Shown piece by piece: positions 14,470 to 24,238 of a DNA stretch of 25,394 nt. Location: the NCBI GenBank assembly GCA_020351835.1, contig CP070669.1:1575999-1601392 (forward strand). The letters run 5' to 3'. This DNA is from Nitrospirota bacterium. Its GTDB lineage: Bacteria; Nitrospirota; Thermodesulfovibrionia; Thermodesulfovibrionales; BMS3Bbin05. The notes under the pieces were generated by a model. That model was not told the origin of the DNA. It saw nothing but the letters and a program-made list of their open reading frames with translations, and did not search any database. The number at the start of each line of letters is the position of its first letter. The stretch's first letter is position 1. The position numbers were made by a program, and so were the translations under genes.

Positions 14470-15837
14470 ATGCATATCGAAAGAAGGCACCGGGAAAGAA
14501 GGTCGGAGAGGGTTAAGTATGACATAATGAAGCCCTTCCAGCAGTTCGCTCGTAACGAGGCATCAAGTTCCATACTGCTTATGGGAATGACAGTTATGGC
14601 GCTTATATGGGCAAATTCTCCACTTGCAACGACTTATCATCATTTCTGGGAGACTGAACTTCATTTGTCTCTCGGCGGACATGAGATATCCAGAAGCCTA
14701 AGGGACTGGATAGATGAGGGGCTGATGGCCTTCTTTTTCTTTACAGTCGGTCTTGAGATCAAAAGAGAGATATTGGTCGGTGAGCTTGCATCGATGAAGA
14801 GGGCGTTCCTCCCGGTTGGAGCGGCAATAGGGGGGATGGCGGTCCCGGCTCTGATATTCCTCTTTTTTAATAGTGGCTTATCAACAGCGTATGGTTGGGG
14901 TATTCCGATGGCTACTGACATTGCCTTTTCACTAGGAGTGCTATTTATTCTGGGCAAAAGGGTCCCGATAGGGATAAGAGTGTTCCTCTCCGCATTTGCT
15001 ATAGCTGACGACCTCGGGTCCGTGTTTGTTATAGCAGTGTTCTATACGAAACAGATCTTCACCGAGTATCTTTTAATATCAGCAGTCATCATATTATTCC
15101 TTGCTATTGCTAACTACATGTGGGTAAGGAAGGCTCTTATATACTCCATTCTGGGGATTTTATTGTGGCTGTCTATCCTGGCATCGGGTGTTCACGCGAC
15201 AGTGGCGGGTATAATCGTTGCCATGTTCATCCCGGCCAGGGCAAGGTATGATACGGATGGGTTTATCGAAAATGTTTCAAGATGCATGGAAGAGTATCAA
15301 TGCCCTCCTGATGGCTGCGGTGATACAGTAATGCTGAACCGCAGGCATCTTAATGCGGCTCAGGCCATTGAGATGGCCTGCCACAACTACGAAACTCCAC
15401 TCCAGAGACTCGAGCATGCTCTGCATCCATGGGTCGCCTTTCTTATCATACCGTTGTTTGCCCTGGCAAATGTAGGTGTAACGCTCTCAGGGCTGAATGC
15501 GGGGGATATGCTCTTTTCGCCTCTTGCGCTGGGAATAACGTTAGGGTTGGTCATAGGAAAACCGGTAGGAATCACACTCTTTGCATATATCACTGTTCGA
15601 TTAGGTATCGCCCAGCTTGCAGATGACATAAATTGGTGCCATATTGTCGGTGCCGGTATACTCGGAGGGATAGGTTTTACAATGTCTCTTTTTGTCTCCA
15701 GTCTTTCCTTTGCGGACCCGCAGATACTGGATTCGGCCAAGATCGCTATACTTACCGGGTCTATCATCTCAGGCATAACGGGACTCTTGATACTCAGGTT
15801 CGGCGTCGGGCTACATCCCGGGAAAAGTGCCAGCTAA
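14470..15837 (+). CDS. nhaA: Na+/H+ antiporter NhaA
   Basis: NhaA signatures are present: FFFFTVGLEIKRE, AFSLGVL, FLSAFAIADDLGSV (the catalytic DD pair) and GILGGIGFTMSLF. I prefer the start at ATG 14470, with GAGGGGA about 10 nt upstream. GTG 14446 and ATG 14527 are alternatives. Confidence 0.9.
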   Translation: MHIERRHRERRSERVKYDIMKPFQQFARNEASSSILLMGMTVMALIWANSPLATTYHHFWETELHLSLGGHEISRSLRDWIDEGLMAFFFFTVGLEIKREILVGELASMKRAFLPVGAAIGGMAVPALIFLFFNSGLSTAYGWGIPMATDIAFSLGVLFILGKRVPIGIRVFLSAFAIADDLGSVFVIAVFYTKQIFTEYLLISAVIILFLAIANYMWVRKALIYSILGILLWLSILASGVHATVAGIIVAMFIPARARYDTDGFIENVSRCMEEYQCPPDGCGDTVMLNRRHLNAAQAIEMACHNYETPLQRLEHALHPWVAFLIIPLFALANVGVTLSGLNAGDMLFSPLALGITLGLVIGKPVGITLFAYITVRLGIAQLADDINWCHIVGAGILGGIGFTMSLFVSSLSFADPQILDSAKIAILTGSIISGITGLLILRFGVGLHPGKSAS

Positions 15838-16008
15838 CAACACCTTCCCCCTACTTTCTGTTTTCCTAAATGCTTGAAATAAAAGTAAATTTTAGAAATT
15901 AAAGCATATTAGTGTGCATGTATGTACAGCGAAAATGGCAATCGATGACATAAATGAACTAATAACAATAAATATAAGTAAAATTTATATTCTGATTTTA
16001 ATTTTTGT

Positions 16009-16037
16009 CTTGCAAAAGATTTTTTCATTATGTAGTA
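16009..16037 (+). promoter_or_regulatory. Putative sigma-70 promoter for adk-sat
   Basis: -35 TTGCAA (16009-16014), 17-nt spacer, -10 TAGTAT (16032-16037) preceded by TG. It lies in a 290-nt AT-rich intergenic region. Confidence 0.45.
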
Positions 16038-16134
16038 TATTGCGTTTTCTTTGGTAAGAGGGGTTCGTAAAGATCGGAAACCCTGTGTTTTATCTGGGAA
16101 AAGCTAGTTCAAAATAACTAATTGGAGGTTGCTC

Positions 16135-16788
16135 ATGAGACTCGTCTTACTTGGTGCGCCGGGTGCCGGGAAAGGTACACAGGCCAAGAAGCTTATTGAG
16201 AAATATCAGATCCCACAGATCTCTACAGGTGATATCCTCAGAAAGGCCGTCGCAGACGGAACTCCGCTTGGAAAAGAGGCTAAGTCATACATGGATAAGG
16301 GTGAGCTTGTACCGGATTCGGTCGTTATAGGGCTGGTCAAGGAGAGGCTTTCCCAGGACGATTGCACGAACGGTTATATACTGGACGGATTCCCGAGGAA
16401 CACTGCTCAGGCAGAGACACTTGATAGTGTGCTCGCAGACATGAACGCGTCACTGGACGTAGCACTTAGCGTGGATGTAGACATGGACATCCTTATGAAG
16501 AGGCTTACAGGAAGAAGGACATGCAAGTCATGCGGTCAGATGTTCAATGTGCATTTCTCTGCACCTAAGAAAGAAGGGATCTGCGATAAGTGTGACGGTG
16601 AGCTTTATCAGAGGGATGATGATCAGGAAGAGACGATCAAGAAGAGGCTTGATGTGTACGAGGAACAGACCGCTCCGTTGATAGATTATTATTCGAACAA
16701 GGGGATACTTACCAGTGTAAATGGTGTAGGCAATATGGAAGATATCTTTAAAGAAGTCATAGCGAAGCTTGACACGGTTACGAAATAA
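16135..16788 (+). CDS. adk: Adenylate kinase (long form with Cys4 zinc lid)
   Basis: GGAGG lies 6 nt before ATG 16135, so the track's TTG 16129 start is less likely. The protein begins [16 protein letters not shown] (P-loop). The lid is CKSCGQ...[14 protein letters not shown]. Confidence 0.95.
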   Translation: MRLVLLGAPGAGKGTQAKKLIEKYQIPQISTGDILRKAVADGTPLGKEAKSYMDKGELVPDSVVIGLVKERLSQDDCTNGYILDGFPRNTAQAETLDSVLADMNASLDVALSVDVDMDILMKRLTGRRTCKSCGQMFNVHFSAPKKEGICDKCDGELYQRDDDQEETIKKRLDVYEEQTAPLIDYYSNKGILTSVNGVGNMEDIFKEVIAKLDTVTK

Positions 16789-16811
16789 ATAACCTTATTA
16801 AGGAGGAAGAG

Positions 16812-18023
16812 ATGGCATTAGTTAATCCGCATGGTAAGGACAAAAAGCTGAAACCTCTTATTCTCGAGGGAAGTGAGCTCGAGGCAGCGAAGAAGAAGGC
16901 TGAATCACTTAAGAAAGTACCTATGACCTCAAGGGAGACCGGTGACCTCATTATGTTAGGTATCGGCGGTTTTACCCCGCTTGAGGGTTTTATGGGATAC
17001 GAGGACTGGAAGGACGTATGTGACGACATGAAAACCTCGGATGGAACGTTCTGGCCTATCCCGATCACTCTGTCAGCCGACAAGGATCTCGCCGACAGCA
17101 TCAAAGAGCATGAGGAAGTAGCTCTTGTTGATGAGGAGAGTGGCGAGACCATGGGTATCATGACAGTACGTGAGAAGTACACAATAGACAAGGCTCATGA
17201 GTGCCAGCAGGTATTTACAACGACCGATATGGAACATCCGGGTGTCGCAAAGGTTATGGAACAGAAAGAGGTAAACCTGGCCGGTCCGGTGCAGGTCCTG
17301 AGCGAAGGTTCATTTCCGACAGAGTATAAAGGTATCTACATGACACCGGCGGAGTCAAGGAAGCTCTTCTCAGAAAAAGGCTGGTCGACAGTTGCAGCGT
17401 TCCAGACAAGAAATCCTATGCACCGTTCTCATGAGTATCTTGCAAAGATAGCCATCGAGATATGTGATGGTGTTTACATCCACATGCTCCTTGGTAAGCT
17501 AAAGGCGGGAGATATCCCGGCAGACGTAAGACAGAACGCTATTGATACACTTACCGAGAACTACTTCACAAAGGAAACAGTTTCAGTTGGCGGATATCCA
17601 CTCGATATGAGATATGCTGGCCCAAGAGAGGCGCTTTTGCATGCGGTGTTCAGGCAGAACTTCGGATGCAGCCACCTTATCGTAGGTCGTGACCATGCAG
17701 GTGTTGGTGACTACTACGGACCCTTCGATGCACATGAGATATTTGATAAGATCCCGGAAGGCGCACTCGAGACACAGCCGCTCAAGATCGATTGGACATT
17801 CTGGTGCCACAAATGTGATCAGATGGCATCAATGAAGACATGTCCGCATGGTAAGGATGACAGGCTCATACTAAGCGGTACAAAGCTAAGAAAAATGCTC
17901 TCAGAGGGCGAGGATGTATCAGAGAAGTTCAGTCGTCCCGAGGTTCTTAAGATCCTGAGGAATTACTATGAGGGTCTCACCGAAAAGGTCGAGATCAAGA
18001 TGCACAAGCATGCTGAAGGATAA
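16812..18023 (+). CDS. sat: Sulfate adenylyltransferase (ATP sulfurylase), dissimilatory type
   Basis: 403 aa with the [11 protein letters not shown] and GRDHAGVG motifs. A CHKC...CPH cluster near the C-terminus resembles the Zn site of bacterial Sat enzymes. AAGGAGG RBS. The gene starts 23 nt after adk. Confidence 0.95.
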   Translation: MALVNPHGKDKKLKPLILEGSELEAAKKKAESLKKVPMTSRETGDLIMLGIGGFTPLEGFMGYEDWKDVCDDMKTSDGTFWPIPITLSADKDLADSIKEHEEVALVDEESGETMGIMTVREKYTIDKAHECQQVFTTTDMEHPGVAKVMEQKEVNLAGPVQVLSEGSFPTEYKGIYMTPAESRKLFSEKGWSTVAAFQTRNPMHRSHEYLAKIAIEICDGVYIHMLLGKLKAGDIPADVRQNAIDTLTENYFTKETVSVGGYPLDMRYAGPREALLHAVFRQNFGCSHLIVGRDHAGVGDYYGPFDAHEIFDKIPEGALETQPLKIDWTFWCHKCDQMASMKTCPHGKDDRLILSGTKLRKMLSEGEDVSEKFSRPEVLKILRNYYEGLTEKVEIKMHKHAEG

Positions 18024-18115
18024 AGCAGGATTATGGGTTGCCATCATTTTGATGGCTGAGTTTTGCAAACAAGCGGCTTACTTTAGGTCGCAAACATCAA
18101 GAAGGAGGTATATGT

Positions 18116-18553
18116 ATGCCTAGTTATGTGATCACTGAAAAATGTGACGGCTGTAAAGGTCAGGAGAAGACAGCCTGTATGTACATCTGTCCTAATGACC
18201 TGATGAAGCTGGATCGCGACAGGATGAAGGCATGGAACCAGGAACCCGATCAGTGCTGGGAGTGCTACAACTGTGTTAAGATCTGCCCTCAGCAGTCAAT
18301 CGAGATCAGGGGTTACCAGGATTTCAATCCGCTCGGTGGAAATGTTATTCCTCTCAGGGGTACAGATTCCATTATGTGGACTATCAAGTTCAGGAACGGC
18401 GTTCTCAAGAGGTTCAAGTTCCCTATCAGGTCGACCGCTGAAGGTTCAGTAGATCCTTATGCAGGTAAGCCGGAAGCTGACCTCTCAAAGATCAAGCAGC
18501 CAGGTCATTTTACGCAGCAGGGTGCTGGCGTAGAGATGCCAACAATAAAGTAA
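18116..18553 (+). CDS. aprB: Adenylylsulfate (APS) reductase beta subunit
   Basis: 145 aa beginning MPSYVITEKCDGCKG...CMYICP and containing CWECYNCVKICP (two 4Fe-4S motifs), with the typical AprB C-terminal tail. AGGAGG lies 7 nt upstream. Confidence 0.95.
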   Translation: MPSYVITEKCDGCKGQEKTACMYICPNDLMKLDRDRMKAWNQEPDQCWECYNCVKICPQQSIEIRGYQDFNPLGGNVIPLRGTDSIMWTIKFRNGVLKRFKFPIRSTAEGSVDPYAGKPEADLSKIKQPGHFTQQGAGVEMPTIK

Positions 18554-18572
18554 TAAAGGAGGTTTAAAAAAG

Positions 18573-20576
18573 ATGGAAAAAGAAACTTGCACATTTTCAT
18601 ATTGCGAGAAGCCCGAAGTTATCGAGCATGAAACTGATCTCCTTATCATTGGTGGCGGAATGTCAGCATGTGGTGCTGCTTTCGAGGCTACCAGGTGGGC
18701 CAAGGGTCAGAACATCAGGATAACGATGGTCGACAAGGCCGCAACGGACAGAAGTGGTGCTGTTGCAATGGGACTTTCCGCGATCAACACTTACATGGGT
18801 CAAAACGATCCGGCAGATTACGTAAGGTACGTCAGGAACGACCTTATGGGTATTATCAGGGAAGACCTCGTATACGACCTCGGAAGGCACGTTGATGATT
18901 CAGTTCATCACTTCGAGGAGTGGGGACTTCCGATCTGGAAAAAGGGAGATGAAGGATTCTCACTTGACGGTTTCCAGGCAAGGGATGCAGGAAAGCCGAT
19001 GCTTAAGGACGGTGGAACACCTGTCAATTCAGGCCGCTGGCAGATCATGATAAACGGTGAGTCTTACAAGGTCATCGTTGCTGAGGCTGCAAAAAAGGCT
19101 CTCGAGATAAACAGGCAGGAGACCGGAGTTGAAGAGAACCACTTTGAAAGGGTTTTCATTGTTAAGCTTTTCAAGGATGCTAACGTAGATAACCGTGTTG
19201 CTGCGGCAGCAGGTTTCAGTGTTCGCGAGAACAAGATCTATTTCTTTAAGGCAAAAGCTATGTTGCTTGGTGCCGGTGGTGCGGTTAACGTGTTCAGACC
19301 CAGGTCCAGTAAGGAAGGACAGGGGCGTGCATGGTACCCTGTTTGGAACTCAGGTTCCGGATACGCTCTCGGTATGCAGGTAGGTGCAGAGCTTACCCTT
19401 ATGGAGAACAGGTTCGTCCCGGCCCGTTTTAAGGATGGTTACGGTCCTGTTGGTGCATGGTTCCTCTTCTTCAAGGCGAAAGCCACGAACAGCCTTGGTG
19501 AGGACTACTGTGCTAATGAAGAGGCACTGGCAGAAGCAAAGGCCAAGTATGGCTCTTATGTAGATAAGCTCGGTACAGCAATCAGGAACCACCTGATGAT
19601 GAGGGACATGAAGCTCGGTAAGGGCCCGATCCTTATGAGGACCGACCAGGCTATGGATGCGATCAGTAAGGAAATGATCGAGAAACTTGGTGAAAAAGAA
19701 GGAAAGAAGAAGATCAAGCACCTTGAAGCAGAGGCATGGGAAGACTTCCTTGATATGTGTATCGGCCAGGCCGGTCTCTGGGCATGTGATAACGTTGAGC
19801 CAGATAAGGTTCCGTCCGAGATCATGCCGACAGAGCCTTATATCCTAGGTTCCCACGCTGGTTGCGCTGGATTCTGGGTAAGCGGGCCTGACGATCTCGG
19901 CGCTCCTGTTGAGTGGCACTGGGGCTACAACAGGATGTCGACCGTTACCGGTCTCTTCATGATGGGTGACATCTGCGGAGCATCAGGTCACAAGTTCTCT
20001 TCCGGCTCGCACGCAGAGGGCAGGATAGCCGGTAAAGCAGGTATAGCATTCATCCTTGATAACAAGGATTATTCACCTGCCATCAAGGAGTCGATGGATG
20101 ACATATCAGCTGAGCTCTACCTCCCATACGAGATGTACGAGAAGTACAAGAACTTTACGACCGATCCTAAGATGAACCCACACTACATCAAGCCTGACCT
20201 TCTCCAGACCAGGCTCCAGAAGATAGCTGACGAGTACTTCGGCGGCTGCTCAACATGGTACATGACTTCCAAGACCATGCTCGAGACGGGTCTCAAGAAG
20301 CTCGAAGTTCTTAAAGAGGATGCAGCTAAGCTTGCTGCCGCTGATCTTCATGAGCTGATGAGATGCTGGGAGAACTATCACAGGGTTCTTTCTCTCGAGG
20401 CACATGCACGTCATATCCACTTCAGGGAAGAGTCCAGGTATCCTGGATACTACTACAGAGGTGATTTTGACAAGATCGATGATGAGAACTGGAAGTGCTT
20501 TACAAACTCGGTCTACAATGCAGAAGACCTCACCTGGGAAATGAAAAAGGTTCCTTACGTACAGCTTGTAGACTAA
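18573..20576 (+). CDS. aprA: Adenylylsulfate (APS) reductase alpha subunit (FAD flavoprotein)
   Basis: 667 aa with the FAD-binding N-terminus DLLIIGGGMSACGAAFEA. The protein is a fumarate-reductase-family flavoprotein and sits immediately downstream of aprB. Confidence 0.95.
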   Translation: MEKETCTFSYCEKPEVIEHETDLLIIGGGMSACGAAFEATRWAKGQNIRITMVDKAATDRSGAVAMGLSAINTYMGQNDPADYVRYVRNDLMGIIREDLVYDLGRHVDDSVHHFEEWGLPIWKKGDEGFSLDGFQARDAGKPMLKDGGTPVNSGRWQIMINGESYKVIVAEAAKKALEINRQETGVEENHFERVFIVKLFKDANVDNRVAAAAGFSVRENKIYFFKAKAMLLGAGGAVNVFRPRSSKEGQGRAWYPVWNSGSGYALGMQVGAELTLMENRFVPARFKDGYGPVGAWFLFFKAKATNSLGEDYCANEEALAEAKAKYGSYVDKLGTAIRNHLMMRDMKLGKGPILMRTDQAMDAISKEMIEKLGEKEGKKKIKHLEAEAWEDFLDMCIGQAGLWACDNVEPDKVPSEIMPTEPYILGSHAGCAGFWVSGPDDLGAPVEWHWGYNRMSTVTGLFMMGDICGASGHKFSSGSHAEGRIAGKAGIAFILDNKDYSPAIKESMDDISAELYLPYEMYEKYKNFTTDPKMNPHYIKPDLLQTRLQKIADEYFGGCSTWYMTSKTMLETGLKKLEVLKEDAAKLAAADLHELMRCWENYHRVLSLEAHARHIHFREESRYPGYYYRGDFDKIDDENWKCFTNSVYNAEDLTWEMKKVPYVQLVD

Positions 20577-20589
20577 TTATAGCTTCAAA

Positions 20590-20620
20590 TTGGATGGGCA
20601 GGTCATTCCTGCCCATCCAA
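20590..20620 (+). terminator. Strong hairpin between aprA and qmoA (partial terminator or mRNA-stabilising stem-loop)
   Basis: TTGGATGGGCAGG (20590-20602), loop TCATT, CCTGCCCATCCAA (20608-20620): a 13-bp perfect stem. It is followed by A5 and then TTTT, so there is no immediately adjacent U tract. Confidence 0.5.
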
Positions 20621-20703
20621 AAAAATTTTGCTTTGAGCCTTCAGGTCTGAAGATCTTTAAACGATAATCAGGCTTGAATCTTCAAAGCGAACGGAGGAAA
20701 AAC

Positions 20704-21960
20704 ATGGCTGAAAACAAGGATATTCTTGTAATCGGAGGCGGAATTAGCGGTCTTACTACAGCTATTGAGGCAGCCGAAGCCGGATACAATGCGACTATAG
20801 TAGAGCGCAATCCGTATCTGGGTGGACGTGTCGCACAGCTGTTCAAGTATTTCCCAAAGCTCTGTCCTCCCTATTGTGGTTTAGAGATAAACTTCAAGAG
20901 GATCAAGACAAACCCCAGGATAACGTTCTATACAGGGGCAGAGGTAGAGAACATCGGCGGCAACGAAGGTGATTTCACAGCTTCTGTAAAGGTCAACGCA
21001 AGGAAGGTAAATGAGAAATGCACAGCATGCAATGCGTGCGTAGAGGCATGTCCCGTTGAAAGACCGAACGATTTTAATTTCGGTATGGACACGACCAAAG
21101 CTATATATCTTCCGCATGATCTGGCGTTCCCGATGAGATACGTTATAGACAGCAGTGTCTGCAAGGGGTCGGAATGCAACAAGTGTAAGGAAGCATGTAA
21201 GTACGATGCAATAGACCTGGACATGCAGGATAAGGCGGTCGAGATCAATGTCGGCAGTATAGTGACTGCAACCGGATGGAACCCTTATGATGCGACCAAG
21301 ATGGATAACCTTGGTTTTGGAAAAATCAAAGATGTCGTTACCAATATGATGATGGAAAGGCTGTCAGCACCTAACGGTCCTACAAAGGGTGCTATCAAGA
21401 GACCGTCTGACGGAAAGGATGTTCAGAGCATAGCCTTTGTTCAGTGTGCAGGCTCAAGGGATGAGAACCATCTGCCCTATTGTTCTGCGATATGCTGCAT
21501 GGCATCTCTGAAACAGGCTACATATATAAGAGAAAAGAACCCTGAATCGGATGTCTATATCTTCTATATAGATCTCCGGGCACCGGGCAAGTATGAGGAT
21601 TTCCTCAACAAGATAGATGCTGATGAAAAGGTAAAGCTGATCAAGGGAAAGGTCGCCAAGATCGAGCAGGATGGTGACGGAGTAGTTGTAACTGCTGAGG
21701 ATGTTATAGGCGGCGGCAAGATCAACCAGAAGGTAGACATGGTCGTACTGGCAGCGGGAATGGAATCAGCACTTAAGGGAAGCAACCTCTTGTCCACAAT
21801 TAAGACAGAGGAGAGTGATTTTGCAGTGTCAGAAGGTCAGACTGAAGGCATATACGCTGCCGGTGTAGCAAGCAGACCGAACGATGTTACAACCTCGGTC
21901 CAGGGGGCTACCGGCGCCGCGTTGAAAGGCATACAGAGTCTGGTGAGGAGGTCTGAATAA
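20704..21960 (+). CDS. qmoA: Quinone-interacting membrane-bound oxidoreductase subunit A (HdrA-like flavoprotein)
   Basis: The start is ATG 20704 (MAENKDILVIGGGISG) with GGAGG upstream, so the track's TTG 20674 start is less likely. The protein is HdrA-like and carries ferredoxin-type Cys motifs (CTACNACVEACP). It sits in the apr-qmo context. Confidence 0.9.
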   Translation: MAENKDILVIGGGISGLTTAIEAAEAGYNATIVERNPYLGGRVAQLFKYFPKLCPPYCGLEINFKRIKTNPRITFYTGAEVENIGGNEGDFTASVKVNARKVNEKCTACNACVEACPVERPNDFNFGMDTTKAIYLPHDLAFPMRYVIDSSVCKGSECNKCKEACKYDAIDLDMQDKAVEINVGSIVTATGWNPYDATKMDNLGFGKIKDVVTNMMMERLSAPNGPTKGAIKRPSDGKDVQSIAFVQCAGSRDENHLPYCSAICCMASLKQATYIREKNPESDVYIFYIDLRAPGKYEDFLNKIDADEKVKLIKGKVAKIEQDGDGVVVTAEDVIGGGKINQKVDMVVLAAGMESALKGSNLLSTIKTEESDFAVSEGQTEGIYAAGVASRPNDVTTSVQGATGAALKGIQSLVRRSE

Positions 21961-24198
21961 ATGAGCGAATCTAAATTAGGTCTATATATATGTACAGATT
22001 GCGGGATCGGTGATTCTCTGAACGTAGAAGATTTGCAGAACGCAGGCAAGGCAAAGGGTGCGGCCGTTATTAAGACCAATCCCTTTTTATGCAGCCAGGA
22101 GGGAGTGCAGGTCATCAAGGATGACATCAATAATGAGGGTGTCAATAAGATCGTTATAGCTGCATGTTCCCAGAGAGTTAACACAGATGCGTTTGAGTTC
22201 GATCCTCTGAAATATGTTGTAGAAAGGGTCAACCTGAGGGAACACGTTGTATGGTGCCAGCCACCAAACACCGATGAGACCCAGGCAATGGGTGAGGACT
22301 ATATAAGGCTCGGTGTCGTAAGGGCTATGAAGTCAGAGTGCCCGGTGCCGAAGATAACTGATATCAACAGGGACATCCTTGTTGTAGGTGGCGGAGTTAC
22401 GGGCCTGACTGCTGCCCTGGAAGCGGCTAAAGCTGGATCAAAGGTGATCCTTACAGAGAAACAGGCAGAGCTTGGCGGATGGGCTAGGAAGATGCATAAG
22501 GTCACGCCGACGAAGCCGCCGTTCACTGAACTGGAAAAGCCGGTGATCGGCAATAAGATCGACGAGGTTAATGCAAACGACAATATAAAGGTCTATACCG
22601 GAACAACAATAAAGAGCATAGCTGGAGAGCCCGGTATGTACAAGGCTACTCTCGATGTTAATGGCTCGGAAGAGACAGTGGAGATGGGAGCGGTGATCCT
22701 TGCCACAGGCTGGCAGCCTTACGACGCGGCCAAACTTGATAACTACGGCTATGGGAAGATCAAGAATGTCATTACGAACGTTGAGATGGAAGAGCTTGCC
22801 GCAAAGGGCAAGTTAGTAAGACCGTCCGACGGCAAAGATGCAAAGAGCGTAGTGTTCATTCAGTGTGCCGGACAGAGGGATGATAAGCATGTCCCGTACT
22901 GTTCATCAGTATGTTGTAATGTATCTCTCAAGCAGGCCATGTATGTAAGAGAGTCCAACCCTGACGCAGGTGCTTATATCATATACAAGGATATGAGGAC
23001 CCCGGGACTATATGAGAACTTCTACAAGGCAGCTCAGGATGATGAAGGCATATTTCTGGCAAAGGGTGAGTTCCTTGGCGTAGAAGAGGCCGGTGACGGC
23101 AGTGTATTGGTTGAGGTAGATAACCAGCTGCTTGGAAAGAAGGTGAAGATACAGGCCGATATCGTTGTACTTGCAACCGGTATGGTAACAAGCCTGATGC
23201 CGGAAGGTTTTGATGTTAACAACCTTACACCTGAGTATGTAGGGAATATTGTCAGGAAAGAGACCCAGGACGGTGTTATAGAGGAAATAGAAGCAGTACC
23301 TACAACACTTAATCTGGCTTACAGGCAGGGCCCGGAGATGCCGCACCTTAACTACGGTTTCCCGGACTCACATTTTATATGTTTCCCTTATGAGACCAGA
23401 AGGACCGGCATTTATGCTGCAGGAGCCGTTAGACATCCTATGGATTCGGTTCAGTCGGCTGCAGACGCCGCAGGTGCTGCACTAAAGGCGATACAGTGTC
23501 TTGAGCTCACGGCGCAGGGAAAGGCAGTTCATCCCAGATCTGGAGATCAAACATTCCCCGAGTTCAGGCTGGAGTCCTGTACACAGTGCAGGAGATGTAC
23601 GGTAGAGTGCCCGTTCGGGGTACTTGATGAAGATGAGAAGGGAACTCCCAAGGAGCATCCTTATCGTTGCCGCCGTTGCGGTACCTGTATGGGAGCATGC
23701 CCCCAGAGGATAATCAACTTCAAGAACTACAGTATCGATATGATCTCATCGATGATGAAGTCGGTCGAGATCGATGACGAAAGTGAAGAGCCGTTCATAA
23801 TCGGTCTCATTTGTGAGAACGATGCATATCCGGCGCTCGATATGGCAGGACAGAACAGGATACAGTACAGCCCTAACTTCAGGTTCATAACACTCAGGTG
23901 TCTTGGCGGTACTAACCTGGTATGGGTTGCCGATGCTCTGTCCAAGGGTGTTGACGGCATATTGTTGATCGGTTGTAAGTATGGAGATGACTACCAGTGT
24001 CACTTTGTTAAGGGAAGTCAGATGGCAAACGAGAGGCTTGGAAAGGTCCAGGAAACGCTGGACAGACTGATGCTGGAATCTGACAGGATACAGCAGGTTC
24101 AACTCGGAATAAACGAGTGGGACAAGCTTCCGGAGATACTTAACGAGTTCTCTGATGAACTTAAGGACCTCGGACCTAACCCTTATAAAGGATTCTAG
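21961..24198 (+). CDS. qmoB: Quinone-interacting membrane-bound oxidoreductase subunit B (HdrA-like plus MvhD-like domain)
   Basis: 745 aa with the FAD motif ILVVGGGVTGLTAA. The HdrA-like core is paralogous to QmoA (ATGWQPYDAAKLDNYGYGKIKNVITN versus ATGWNPYDATKMDNLGFGKIKDVVTN). It has 2x4Fe-4S motifs (CTQCRRCTVECP, CRRCGTCMGACP). The C-terminal domain is MvhD-like (RCLGGTNLVWVADALSKGVDGILLIGC). Confidence 0.9.
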   Translation: MSESKLGLYICTDCGIGDSLNVEDLQNAGKAKGAAVIKTNPFLCSQEGVQVIKDDINNEGVNKIVIAACSQRVNTDAFEFDPLKYVVERVNLREHVVWCQPPNTDETQAMGEDYIRLGVVRAMKSECPVPKITDINRDILVVGGGVTGLTAALEAAKAGSKVILTEKQAELGGWARKMHKVTPTKPPFTELEKPVIGNKIDEVNANDNIKVYTGTTIKSIAGEPGMYKATLDVNGSEETVEMGAVILATGWQPYDAAKLDNYGYGKIKNVITNVEMEELAAKGKLVRPSDGKDAKSVVFIQCAGQRDDKHVPYCSSVCCNVSLKQAMYVRESNPDAGAYIIYKDMRTPGLYENFYKAAQDDEGIFLAKGEFLGVEEAGDGSVLVEVDNQLLGKKVKIQADIVVLATGMVTSLMPEGFDVNNLTPEYVGNIVRKETQDGVIEEIEAVPTTLNLAYRQGPEMPHLNYGFPDSHFICFPYETRRTGIYAAGAVRHPMDSVQSAADAAGAALKAIQCLELTAQGKAVHPRSGDQTFPEFRLESCTQCRRCTVECPFGVLDEDEKGTPKEHPYRCRRCGTCMGACPQRIINFKNYSIDMISSMMKSVEIDDESEEPFIIGLICENDAYPALDMAGQNRIQYSPNFRFITLRCLGGTNLVWVADALSKGVDGILLIGCKYGDDYQCHFVKGSQMANERLGKVQETLDRLMLESDRIQQVQLGINEWDKLPEILNEFSDELKDLGPNPYKGF

Positions 24199-24238
24199 GT
24201 ATTGTGAAAATAATTAACCTTTTATCGGAGGTATAAAT

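Noticed and set aside
15838-16128. 290-nt AT-rich intergenic region inspected for a tRNA, small RNA, riboswitch or tiny ORF.
   Set aside because: No cloverleaf-like or extended conserved structure was visible. There are only an 11-codon ATG ORF without an RBS and a weak ATGCTT/AAGCAT repeat. The promoter for adk-sat explains the region best.
18040-18056. Small hairpin GCCATC-ATTTT-GATGGC between sat and aprB as a terminator.
   Set aside because: It has only 6 bp, and a short TTTT run (18062-18065) appears only 5 nt after the stem. It is too weak to call. sat and aprB may well be co-transcribed.
3517-20703. Longer N-terminal extensions given by the ORF track (3517, 6415, 7910, 14446, 16129, 20674).
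   Set aside because: In each case an internal ATG has a better SD or a start-stop overlap and gives the conserved family N-terminus (for example adk [14 protein letters not shown], qmoA MAENKDILVIGGG). Several of the track starts are GTG or TTG without an RBS.
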